Source: Patescibacteria group bacterium (GTDB lineage Bacteria; Patescibacteriota; Minisyncoccia; Phycocordibacterales; SBAW01). From it: a stretch of DNA of 64,000 bases. Each line of letters begins with the position of its first letter. Position 1 is the stretch's first letter. A program made the translations under genes and the position numbers. Under the pieces are notes generated by a model that saw only the letters and a list, made by a program, of their open reading frames with translations, had not been told where the DNA came from and ran no database searches. The stretch covers positions 2,144 through 66,143 of the forward strand of contig JAGWOD010000002.1 in assembly GCA_028871115.1 (NCBI GenBank). The letters run 5' to 3'. Of this stretch, positions 28,510 through 37,197 are shown in pieces.

Positions 28510-28815
28510 CTATCCTTTTTCCCCCTTGAGAATAATTCTCTTTTCAAAACCGCCTCGTTCGTCCCTTTTCTTTTGCTGCAGGGCAACTACACCTCGGTAA
28601 TCAGATAGTTTCTGCAAAGCCTCTATTACTTCCAATATATCGGCAAATTCTTCGGGACTACCCGCTTCAGCAAATTCAACGATTTCCTCTTGAAGTTTTT
28701 TAATTAACTCCACCTTATATTCATCGGGTGAAGCGATATACTTTTCGTATGCAATTCCTTTACTGTCCAGAAGTTCGGGAATTTTATCCCGCACTAACTT
28801 TTTGTAACTGGACAT
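28510..28815 (-). CDS. All-alpha nucleoside triphosphate pyrophosphohydrolase (MazG/PRA-PH-like)
   Basis: YKKLVRDKIPE...KL.EE..EF...EE.ADILEV...K...RGGF. Confidence 0.85.
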   Translation of the reverse strand: MSSYKKLVRDKIPELLDSKGIAYEKYIASPDEYKVELIKKLQEEIVEFAEAGSPEEFADILEVIEALQKLSDYRGVVALQQKKRDERGGFEKRIILKGEKG

Positions 28816-28881
28816 AGAAAAAGTATACCAATTCTAACATTCCACAGGCCGCAGAAAACCATCCTTATGTAACAACCCTAG

Positions 28882-28956
28882 CGCAGCGGACGGGACTTGA
28901 ACCCGCAACCTCGCGCGTGACAGGCGCGTGCTCTAACCAAGTTGAGCTACCGCTGC
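28882..28956 (-). tRNA. tRNA-Asp(GTC)
   Basis: GCAGCGG acceptor, CGCGC-CTGTCAC-GCGCG arm, GTTCAAGTC. Confidence 0.95.
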
Positions 28957-29014
28957 AGACAGAGACCAGAGTACCTGAGAGTGGAGGTTTTTTCAATCGA
29001 GTTTTTGGATCGAG

Positions 29015-29088
29015 TGTCGGGGGGCGGAATCGAACCGCCGACCTTGGGTTTATGAGTCCCATGCTCTAACCGTCTGAGCTACCCCGAC
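29015..29088 (-). tRNA. tRNA with CAT anticodon, probably elongator Met (Ile2 not excluded)
   Basis: GTCGGGG acceptor, TGGGA-CTCATAA-ACCCA arm (A31.A39 mismatch), GTTCGATTC. Confidence 0.88.
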
Positions 29089-29133
29089 GCACCTGACACA
29101 GTAGCATCAGCGCGACTCCTCTTCAATTGAGAA

Positions 29134-29826
29134 TTACCCTGCTCGCTCGAGCAGTTTGAGATACACGTGCGCGGCAGCAAGCATGCTGACAGGAATAGTG
29201 ACAAGAAGACCGACGATGAGCGCTACCGCTCCAAGAATATTGAGACAAATGATGACAATAAGAAATCCAAGGAGGCGCCATTTTACTCCACGGGTGATGT
29301 GGGTGCTTTGGCGCAATATCTCTCCTATGCGGTGTACGCCATCAACTGCGCCGAATTTCACCATAGAATAACGGAGAATAAGATACACGCCGAGGATAAT
29401 ACCGACGGCCACCAGGAATCCTCCAACGACACTCGAGAAAGGAGCGGGAAGATACAATGCAGCACTACCAAGAAGTATCGGAATGAGGAATCCGAGGAGC
29501 ACAATCACTCCCGCTGCGATGGAGGCGAGTATGTACCGAATTCCCGTCGATACCGAAGGGATGATATCGCGGTAGGATGCAGGCTCTCCCCGAGCAAGTC
29601 TCAAGGAAATGACCGTAGCACCAATGCCGAAGATCAATTCAATGATCGTAATAAGAATGGCAAGCGCAATATTTGCAGGAGCGTTTTGTACAAGCGCCTG
29701 GAAGAGTCCCCGAAGAAGGGCGAGTCCCACAAGGGTCAGTACCACCTTAAGGAGGAGGCTATTGTGCAAGCGCATGGTCCTCCATCCGAAGCGCAGGGAC
29801 TCTCCGATAAAAAATGGCGGCATCAT
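29134..29826 (-). CDS. Multi-pass membrane protein (DUF975/GDPD-membrane-domain-like)
   Basis: IGESLRFGW...S..ITRG.KWRL...GLLVTIPV; start trimmed to MMPPF because the longer ORF reads through tRNA. Confidence 0.7.
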   Translation of the reverse strand: MMPPFFIGESLRFGWRTMRLHNSLLLKVVLTLVGLALLRGLFQALVQNAPANIALAILITIIELIFGIGATVISLRLARGEPASYRDIIPSVSTGIRYILASIAAGVIVLLGFLIPILLGSAALYLPAPFSSVVGGFLVAVGIILGVYLILRYSMVKFGAVDGVHRIGEILRQSTHITRGVKWRLLGFLIVIICLNILGAVALIVGLLVTIPVSMLAAAHVYLKLLERAG

Positions 29827-29849
29827 GAAATCTATTGTACTTGAAATTC

Positions 29850-29924
29850 TGGTTGCGGGGGCAGGATTTGCACCTGCGACCTTCAGGTTATGAGCCTGAC
29901 GAGCTACTACTGCTCCACCCCGCT
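29850..29924 (-). tRNA. Initiator tRNA-fMet(CAT), CCA encoded
   Basis: AGCGGGGTGGAGCAG...GCTCGTCAGGCTCATAACCTGA...CCCCGCAACCA; unpaired 1:72. Confidence 0.93.
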
Positions 29925-29994
29925 GCATTGACCCGTTGAGGGGTTAGTGTTCCTGAATGGTACAAGAAATCACTCGTTTTGACAAGAAAATGTC

Positions 29995-30729
29995 TCAGAT
30001 GCGCTCGAGAAGTGTGTGCACTTCTTTCTCACAACGCTCGAAGCGCTCCAGTACATCTTCGCAGTACGGGTTGAAGTGGTAGACGTCTTTAAAGAGCTCG
30101 GTGTCATGTCGAACACTCTCGACGGCATCCATGAGAAATCCGAATGAGACAGTATCGATTGCGGTCCGGTCAAATTCTCCCCGCGCGATGGTCTGTCCGA
30201 TAAAGTGGGTGAGAAAGAGGGTCTCTGCAAGATGTTTATCGTGCTTGTGTGCGTCCATTTCGATAACCGAAAATCCCCACCCCGCAAGAAGATTCTTGAG
30301 TGAAGCGTACTCTCTCTCCGAGAGGGTGTGATCGGCGATGACGATTTTGAAGCCCCCCACTTCCCCGCCGCGCTTGGAATAGCTCTCGGGCCCGAACATC
30401 GGATGGGACGCTACGTAGTGGGTCTTTTGCGCGATGCGTCGAAGAACTTCAGTGGTATGAAGTTTGACCGTAGCAACATCAACAAGAATGGTGTTCTCAC
30501 TCACAAGCGGAAGAACCTTCTGAAGAGTTTCCTCGAACGCCCGAATGGGAACGGCGAGTATGAGGACGTCACAGGAAGCTGCTTCGGAGAGCGAGAAGAA
30601 TCGCTTTCCGTCGGGATTCACTCGTGAGGAGTAAATCTTGACCATAAGCTCCGGAGCAAAACGCTTGGTCAGAAGCTCCACGAACGCTCCAAAGCTGCCG
30701 TGGCCTACGATACCGACCGAGGATATCAT
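29995..30729 (-). CDS. Prephenate/arogenate dehydrogenase family protein (TyrA-like)
   Basis: GIVGHGSFG Rossmann motif, LAVPI, VDVATVK, SHPMFGP, HDKHLA. Confidence 0.85.
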   Translation of the reverse strand: MISSVGIVGHGSFGAFVELLTKRFAPELMVKIYSSRVNPDGKRFFSLSEAASCDVLILAVPIRAFEETLQKVLPLVSENTILVDVATVKLHTTEVLRRIAQKTHYVASHPMFGPESYSKRGGEVGGFKIVIADHTLSEREYASLKNLLAGWGFSVIEMDAHKHDKHLAETLFLTHFIGQTIARGEFDRTAIDTVSFGFLMDAVESVRHDTELFKDVYHFNPYCEDVLERFERCEKEVHTLLERI

Positions 30730-31640
30730 GCGCGGCGCTTTTGTTTTGTTCCACTCGCTTTCTCCCAGATAAGGAGAAGCGGAGAAGCAAGGAAGATCGA
30801 TGAGTAGGCTCCAGCAATCATACCGGTGAGCATGGTGAGAGCAAAATTCTGCGTGGTGGTCGGTCCAAAGAAGTAGAGGGCAAGAAGGACAATGACCACA
30901 GTGGAAGAGGTATTGATGGAGCGGGAGAGCGTCTGCATGATGCTACGGCCAACAACAGGCGGAAAATCCTCTCGCCGATGTGCGTCCGCATTGCGGCGAA
31001 GATTCTCGCGAATTCGATCAAAGACAACGATAGTATTGTTAATCGATATACCAAGGATAGTGAGAAGCGCGACAATAAAGAGCGAGTCCACTTGAGCTCC
31101 TGCGAAATGCCCGAGCACCGCGAAGAGACCGGCCGGAATGAGCATGTCGTGGGCAAGCGTGATGATGGCAACAATGCCGTATTTCCAAGAAGCGACCGGT
31201 TCGGATACCTTCCGGAATGCGAAGGCAATAAAGAGGATGATACAGATAATAACGAGCCCCATGGCGAGATACCCCTTATTGAGAACTTCCGCTCCGATGC
31301 TTGGACTTATAGATGTGAACTGTTGTTCCTGAACGGGTCCGAGTGTCTCTAGACTTTGTTCGACTGTGTTTTTCTGAGTGTTAGTAAGCGCGCTTGAGCT
31401 TATGACATAGGCTGAGACACCTGTCGCTTGGATACGAGTTTCGCCAAGATGAAGTGGGGTGAGCACCCCTTCTACCACTTGTACGCTCGGACGACCCTGC
31501 GGAAAATTTATTTGCAGAAGCGATCCACCCGCAAGGTCCAAGCTCGGCGTAAGTCCCCAGAGAAGAAGGGCTGCCAGTGCTATAAGGGAAACCACCGCGG
31601 GGAGCACTAGAAACGTTTTGTAATATTTGCTGAAAAACAT
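30726..31640 (-). CDS. secF: Protein translocase subunit SecF
   Basis: LDLAGG, ISPSIG, TLAHD, ALLTILG.S.N.TIVVFDRIRENL, RSINTS, GAYSSIF.A. Confidence 0.95.
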   Translation of the reverse strand: MFFSKYYKTFLVLPAVVSLIALAALLLWGLTPSLDLAGGSLLQINFPQGRPSVQVVEGVLTPLHLGETRIQATGVSAYVISSSALTNTQKNTVEQSLETLGPVQEQQFTSISPSIGAEVLNKGYLAMGLVIICIILFIAFAFRKVSEPVASWKYGIVAIITLAHDMLIPAGLFAVLGHFAGAQVDSLFIVALLTILGISINNTIVVFDRIRENLRRNADAHRREDFPPVVGRSIMQTLSRSINTSSTVVIVLLALYFFGPTTTQNFALTMLTGMIAGAYSSIFLASPLLLIWEKASGTKQKRRA

Positions 31641-31644
31641 AGTC

Positions 31645-32970
31645 TTAGTTGCTAAAGCCCGAACCCATGAAAAATCGACCCATGCCGTCTTTTGCTTTAA
31701 TACCAAGAGCAAGGAGGAAGGTGCGGGAAATGCTTATGGCCGAGAGCATAGAGACAATAACCCCAAGACCGAATACCAGAGCAAAGCCTTTGATGACGTC
31801 GGTGCCAATCCAGAAGAGGATGACTGCGGCAATGATGTGGGCAATGTTTGAATCGCGGATAGCACTCCAGGCTCTTGTAAATCCTTCTCGTATAGCCTGC
31901 TCGGCCTCTTTACCTGCCCGCAGCTCTTCCTTCACACGCTCAGCAATAAGAATATTCGCATCGACCGCAAGTCCAACCGACAATATGAAGCCTGCAATAC
32001 CCGCCGCGGTGAGCACTACGGGGATAAGTGCGAAGAGGGTGAGCATAAGAACTACATAAATGAGAAGCGCTACGACCGCCACTATGCCGGGAAGACGATA
32101 CCAGAGGACCATAAATATAGAAAGCGCAATAAAGCCAATGAGTGCCGCAAGTATGCCCGCCGATACTGCCTGGCTGCCGAGTGTGGCTCCGATAGTTTCC
32201 GTCGTTGAGAGCGTTATGGGAACTGGTAGTGCCCCAAGATTAAGGTTGGTAGCAAGTTCTTTGGCAGTTTCTGCGCTGAAATTTCCAGAAATAATGGCAG
32301 TTCCGTTGGTTATAGGAGTCTGAATGACTGGTGCGGAGAGAAGCTGTCCGTCGAGGAATATAGCGAGTTCGCTGCCTACATTTTGAGTGGTGATCTGAGA
32401 AAAAAGCTGTGCGCCCTGAGAATCAAAATTGACTTCTACGACCGGCTCAGAGCCGAGGGCTCCCTGTCCGTTGCCAAACTGAAGCGAGGCTCCAGTGAGA
32501 TAGGTTCCGGTAAGGCCTGTCGTCGCAAACGCCGCGGGATTCGGAGTCCCCGAGGCAGTAGTGAGATTACTTTCATAGCCATGTTTGACGAGCTCAAAGG
32601 CAAGCGTGGGCGTCTGCCCTATCATCGTTTCGGCTTGCGTTACGTTGGTGACGCCCGGCAACTCTACAACAAGACGGTAATCGCCCTCGCCAAGGAGGCC
32701 TCCCCGTTCTGTTTCCACCACAGGCTCACCCACACCAAATGCATTCACGCGACGCTCAATAACCGCCTGAAGGGCTGATAGAGAATCAGCTACCTGGCTT
32801 GCGGGAACATTGCTCGTGTCGGCCGTATATTCAAGTTCAGTACCCCCGGAGAGATCAAGCCCAAGCTTGAATGCGAAAGGACCCTGCACCGTCTGCTCGT
32901 GCCATACAAAAAAAGCGAGGAGCGCCGCGACAATAAGAATGATGACTGAAAAATAGCGTATTTTGAACAC
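31645..32970 (-). CDS. secD: Protein translocase subunit SecD
   Basis: KLGLDLSGG, RRVNAFGVGEP, LAIFLDG, GALP, G.AVDANILI.ER.KEE, IRDSN; GTG start inferred. Confidence 0.95.
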   Translation of the reverse strand: MFKIRYFSVIILIVAALLAFFVWHEQTVQGPFAFKLGLDLSGGTELEYTADTSNVPASQVADSLSALQAVIERRVNAFGVGEPVVETERGGLLGEGDYRLVVELPGVTNVTQAETMIGQTPTLAFELVKHGYESNLTTASGTPNPAAFATTGLTGTYLTGASLQFGNGQGALGSEPVVEVNFDSQGAQLFSQITTQNVGSELAIFLDGQLLSAPVIQTPITNGTAIISGNFSAETAKELATNLNLGALPVPITLSTTETIGATLGSQAVSAGILAALIGFIALSIFMVLWYRLPGIVAVVALLIYVVLMLTLFALIPVVLTAAGIAGFILSVGLAVDANILIAERVKEELRAGKEAEQAIREGFTRAWSAIRDSNIAHIIAAVILFWIGTDVIKGFALVFGLGVIVSMLSAISISRTFLLALGIKAKDGMGRFFMGSGFSN

Positions 32971-33110
32971 GCAGGGCAGTATAGCGGCTAGATCCTTTTT
33001 AGACAATTCCTCACTCAGGAGAGAAAAAATTGATAAAAAATAAGATTTGAAAGGACCTGCAGCTCTGGTAAAGTACGAGACAGACGGACTGCAAGAAATT
33101 AGGAGGTCCC

Positions 33111-34058
33111 ATGCTGGGAAAGTCTGGCGTCATGGCTGCGCCGCGCTACGGGTTGCTCCCTAGAGCAACTACGCTTGCGGACGCCGCCGAGCAGTTACTA
33201 GAGCAGGGATGTACGCGGCTCATGAACGATCGTTTGCCGGCATATTTTCCGAATCTCATCAGGGACTACGTTACCCTTTTGGAGGATCCGGAACATCACG
33301 TATTGCGGATCGATCATCCGCGTGAACTTCATGCTGACGGCGAGCCTGATCTTGGTTTGCGGGAAGTCCTTCGGGGTGAGCGCAAAAAGAATCCCAGGTC
33401 TGACGAAATCAAGGAAGGACGCCTCTACTACGATGAGAGCAAGGCGGTGTTCCATTACAACCAGCGTGCGATGGGGTACTACGCTCCACAGCAAGAGTTG
33501 GTATCGCGGCACGGCGAATTTTTCCGAGACCTCGCCATGCTCCAAGGCGAGTGTATGCTCCTCGGATATGAACTCGCCCACCACCTCGACGAAAAATTAC
33601 CTGGGTTCCGCTTCGAAAAACGCATGACGGAGAGTGAACATCTCATGCGGTTGCGTCTGCTCCACTATCTCTGTGACGGCAACAAACCCAACATTGCGCA
33701 GCGGCACCGAGACCAGAACTTTCTCACGATCCAGGTCCGCTCCGATGCCCCCGGGTTGTGGCTTGCGGACAAGCGCCAATCAATCATCGCTGACACAGAG
33801 GAGACGCGCCATGATTCCGTGCTTATCTTCTGGGGACGGAAGGCCTGGGAAATAACTCAAGGGAGAGTCGAAGGGGCTTTACATGGTGTGAACGATACAC
33901 GCTTCAATGGTCCTGGGGCACGGACTCCTCGTCATACGATTGTTGCCTTCCTTCACGCGAGCGTTTCCCCGGAGGAGAGCGCTTGGGCCCTGGAACACAT
34001 GGAGGAATTGGCAATACCCTCAGAAATCTCAAACTATGGGCTCCAAACTTTGGCCTAA
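33111..34058 (+). CDS. 2OG-Fe(II) oxygenase, IPNS/DIOX-like
   Basis: LRLLHY, HRD (HxD), FLTI..SDAPGL, ALHGV (distal His), RHTIVAF; AGGAGG SD. Confidence 0.75.
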   Translation: MLGKSGVMAAPRYGLLPRATTLADAAEQLLEQGCTRLMNDRLPAYFPNLIRDYVTLLEDPEHHVLRIDHPRELHADGEPDLGLREVLRGERKKNPRSDEIKEGRLYYDESKAVFHYNQRAMGYYAPQQELVSRHGEFFRDLAMLQGECMLLGYELAHHLDEKLPGFRFEKRMTESEHLMRLRLLHYLCDGNKPNIAQRHRDQNFLTIQVRSDAPGLWLADKRQSIIADTEETRHDSVLIFWGRKAWEITQGRVEGALHGVNDTRFNGPGARTPRHTIVAFLHASVSPEESAWALEHMEELAIPSEISNYGLQTLA

Positions 34059-34864
34059 CCCCGGCTCTCGCTGGGGTTTTCTTTTTGCATAAGGAGAAAA
34101 AGATTCTTGAATATCATCGAGACAGCTATGGGGCCAATACCGCCCGGAACCGGAGTGAAAATGAGAGCTTCTTCCGCACAGCGCGGGTCAGCATCTCCAC
34201 GCACCTCTCCCCCCTCCTCAGAAGTCCCCGCATCGAGAATAACAGAGCCCTTCTTTACCATATCCGGTGTAAGAAGTCCGGGGGCACCCGCACCAAGCAC
34301 GATAATGTCCGCTCTACGCGCGGCAGAGACCAGACCTTTTTCATCTTTTGCGAGTATCGTCGTATGAGCTCCTTCAGAGGCTAACCACTTTGCCGCTGGC
34401 CCTCCAACCAAACGCCCCCTTCCAACTATCAACGCGTCTTTTCCTGCAATACCAATGCGGTTCAACTTGAGTATCTCTTTCATCGCCTCGATTACGGGCG
34501 GAAAAACTCGGGGGGTTTTCCCAATGCCATCAATATCTTTTTCCGCAGGAATTGCTTCGACAACTAGACTCGATTCTATGGAGGCAGGGAGAGGCAACTG
34601 TACGATCACGCCGTCACTGCATTTGCAGAGTCGGGCAAGTCCGTCGAGTGCATCTTCGGTCGTCGAACTGCTCGAGAGCCACTGACGCACCAGGGTGACG
34701 CCGATGTCGTGTGCCGTTCTCTCTTTTATGCGCACAAATTGGTCGACAACACGGTCACCCTCTCCCATGAGCACTCCAAGAACCGGGGTGCGTAGAAACT
34801 GCGCATGCTCTCCTCTGAGGGCCGCGCGGATATCGCGCGCTATGTTTCGTCCATCGATGAGCAT
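34055..34864 (-). CDS. folD: Methylenetetrahydrofolate dehydrogenase/cyclohydrolase
   Basis: IDGR.IA, GVIVQLPLP, KDIDG, VGRG.LVG.P, DAGT, TPVPGGIGP. Confidence 0.92.
   Translation of the reverse strand: MLIDGRNIARDIRAALRGEHAQFLRTPVLGVLMGEGDRVVDQFVRIKERTAHDIGVTLVRQWLSSSSTTEDALDGLARLCKCSDGVIVQLPLPASIESSLVVEAIPAEKDIDGIGKTPRVFPPVIEAMKEILKLNRIGIAGKDALIVGRGRLVGGPAAKWLASEGAHTTILAKDEKGLVSAARRADIIVLGAGAPGLLTPDMVKKGSVILDAGTSEEGGEVRGDADPRCAEEALIFTPVPGGIGPIAVSMIFKNLFLLMQKENPSESRG
34057..34086 (+). terminator. Intrinsic terminator after the 2OG oxygenase
   Basis: AACCCCGGC-tctc-GCTGGGGTT then T-rich run. Confidence 0.7.
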
Positions 34865-34865
34865 C

Positions 34866-35780
34866 TTAGTTGAGGTCTACTCCCCTCTTGAGTTCCTCAA
34901 TACCGTCTCTGAGAGAAATTGTGGGCTGCCATGCAAGGAGTTTGCGTGCGAGGGAGGGATCGGCGAGCGAGCGGCGGGGCTCAAGACGCGCCGGGACATG
35001 CTCCACCTTGCCCCCGATAAGAGCGGCTATCTCATTGACCGACGTTGCAGCGCCAGAGCCAATGTTGATCGCTTCGCCGTGCCCCACCATAGAACTCTCT
35101 GCAGCTAGAAGATTCGCGGCAACCACGTCGCGCACATGGATAAAATCGCGCGTTTGTTTTCCATCGCCTGTTACGGTAAGGGGTCTACCCTCCGCCTGTT
35201 GTTTGAGAAAAAGTGCAATGAGAGGAGCGTACGGACCCGAAGTCCTGGCACCTTCGCCGTACACATTAAAATACCGCAGCGATACGCTCCCGAGACCATA
35301 GGCCTCGGCGTAGAGCCTGCAGTACAACTCACCCACATATTTTTGAAGCCCATAGGGGCTTTTGAGGCGGGGAGGAAGATTTTCGTTAAGACGGTCGGCC
35401 TCTTGGTCGCCATAAATGGCGCTTGATCCAGAAAAGACAAACCGGGTCACCCCGGCCTCACGTGCGGTCTGAAGGGCAGCGAGGGTACCATGAACATTGA
35501 TATCATTCGTTTCCTCTGGATGCTCGAGAGAATATTGAACACTCGCATTAGCCGCAAGATGAAACATCGCGGAGGCACCTCGAGAGATATCGAGGAGCTT
35601 CGCTCTATCGCGAACATCAAGGTTGTGAAATGATGCCCCCTTAGGAACTCGCTCGCGTTTTCCACTCGATAAGTCATCGACCACTCTTACTTCGTATCCC
35701 CTCCCGAGAAGCGCCTTGGAGAGATGCGAACCGATAAAGCCCGCCCCGCCAGTAACAACAGCTATGTTTCTTTGTTGCAT
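34866..35780 (-). CDS. NAD-dependent epimerase/dehydratase (extended SDR)
   Basis: TGGAGFIGS, HLAA, SPYG.QK (YxxxK), LRYFNVYG, QTRDF.HV. Confidence 0.92.
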   Translation of the reverse strand: MQQRNIAVVTGGAGFIGSHLSKALLGRGYEVRVVDDLSSGKRERVPKGASFHNLDVRDRAKLLDISRGASAMFHLAANASVQYSLEHPEETNDINVHGTLAALQTAREAGVTRFVFSGSSAIYGDQEADRLNENLPPRLKSPYGLQKYVGELYCRLYAEAYGLGSVSLRYFNVYGEGARTSGPYAPLIALFLKQQAEGRPLTVTGDGKQTRDFIHVRDVVAANLLAAESSMVGHGEAINIGSGAATSVNEIAALIGGKVEHVPARLEPRRSLADPSLARKLLAWQPTISLRDGIEELKRGVDLN

Positions 35781-35782
35781 AT

Positions 35783-37126
35783 CTATACGCCACTTCGGGT
35801 GAGCATCTTCGCGATCGTCTTGAGCGCTATTAATATATCAAGGATGAGTGACCGGTGTTGAAGGTAGTAGAGATCGTAGGAGAGTTTTTCCCGAGTGGCT
35901 TCCACGTCCGTACCGTGGTGGGGATGATTGTCATGATATAGCTGCGCCCACCCTGAGAGGCCCGGCCGGATGAGATGCCGCAAGCCGTAGTAGGGTATCA
36001 CTTTCTCATACTGAGCGACCAACGAAGGGAGTTCTGGACGCGGGCCAATGAGAGAGAGATCGCCAAAAAGAATGTTCCAAAGCTGCGGCAATTCATCCAG
36101 TCGTGTAGCGCGTAGCAGAGTGCCCACCTTCGTTACCTCAAGAGAGGTTTTACCTCCTCCGTATTTTCCATCATCATTACCGTTCATCGTGCGGAATTTA
36201 TACAGACGAACTACCCGGTCGCCCTCTCCTACGCGCTCCTGCACGATGAAAAAAGGACGCCCGCTTTCGAAAAAAATAGCGAGCATTATGAACGGATAGA
36301 GTATCAGAGATACGATTCCGAGAAAGAGCGCTCCTATAATATCGACAGCACGCTTGAGGGGATCGTAGAGTACATGAACATGCCGCGAGACATTGCGGGC
36401 AATCCAGGGATCATTCACCCGAGCGAGTGGAACTCGGCCAAACACCTCTTCATACAAAGAACGAGCGTCGATGAAACGCACCCCGCGGGTAAGCAAGTTG
36501 TAGAGATCGGGAAGTGTGGCTTCGACGCCCGAGGATTCGAAATCCGCAATGACAAACGTGGGAAGGTTCTTCTGAAGAGCCTCTTCAACATCCTCTTTAT
36601 GCGCTCCTCCCGGGGCAATCACTGCCTCTATAGAAACCGGAGCAAGCGGTGCATTCTCAAGAGCCCTGACTAACTCGTCTATCTCCCTCCCCGCTCCGAT
36701 AATGAGTGCCGTATCCCTCTTCTGCAGACCAAGAAGAGGAAATAGAAAAGCTCTCCAGAAAAGAATGAGAAGAAAGGAAACTATCAGATAGATAGCGAGA
36801 ACGGTTTTAGGAGAGATGCCGAACGTAGGGACGAGGAAAAAGAAGAGAGCCGCAATAATGACATTGGCGATTTGTGCATTGAGAAGTGTGGTTGAAAGTG
36901 CCCGACGCGCAAGAATAATACGCCGCCCTTCATAGAGCCCGGCGATAAGGAAGATCAACACCCAGAGGAAGAAAAGAGGGGTAAAAGCGAGAAGGTGGGC
37001 TTCGAAGAGCGCACCCGAAGGAGGGGCAAATGCACGTAAAAATAGGCTCAGCCAGAGAGCTGCGATGAAAAAAATGATGTCGCCAATGAACAGAGCGAGC
37101 GCCGAAGGTCTGAGCGCTGAGGTCAT
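35783..37126 (-). CDS. Polyprenyl glycosylphosphotransferase (priming sugar transferase, WcaJ-like)
   Basis: KR..DI, YKFRTM, R..RLDELPQL.N...GD.SLIGPRPE, PGLSGWAQ, KL.YDLYY. Confidence 0.92.
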   Translation of the reverse strand: MTSALRPSALALFIGDIIFFIAALWLSLFLRAFAPPSGALFEAHLLAFTPLFFLWVLIFLIAGLYEGRRIILARRALSTTLLNAQIANVIIAALFFFLVPTFGISPKTVLAIYLIVSFLLILFWRAFLFPLLGLQKRDTALIIGAGREIDELVRALENAPLAPVSIEAVIAPGGAHKEDVEEALQKNLPTFVIADFESSGVEATLPDLYNLLTRGVRFIDARSLYEEVFGRVPLARVNDPWIARNVSRHVHVLYDPLKRAVDIIGALFLGIVSLILYPFIMLAIFFESGRPFFIVQERVGEGDRVVRLYKFRTMNGNDDGKYGGGKTSLEVTKVGTLLRATRLDELPQLWNILFGDLSLIGPRPELPSLVAQYEKVIPYYGLRHLIRPGLSGWAQLYHDNHPHHGTDVEATREKLSYDLYYLQHRSLILDILIALKTIAKMLTRSGV

Positions 37127-37197
37127 ATTTTTTGAATGGTTGTTATACTATAACACTAGAGACATTTCTCAAGTTCCCTCTTCCATCAAGCGTTTGC

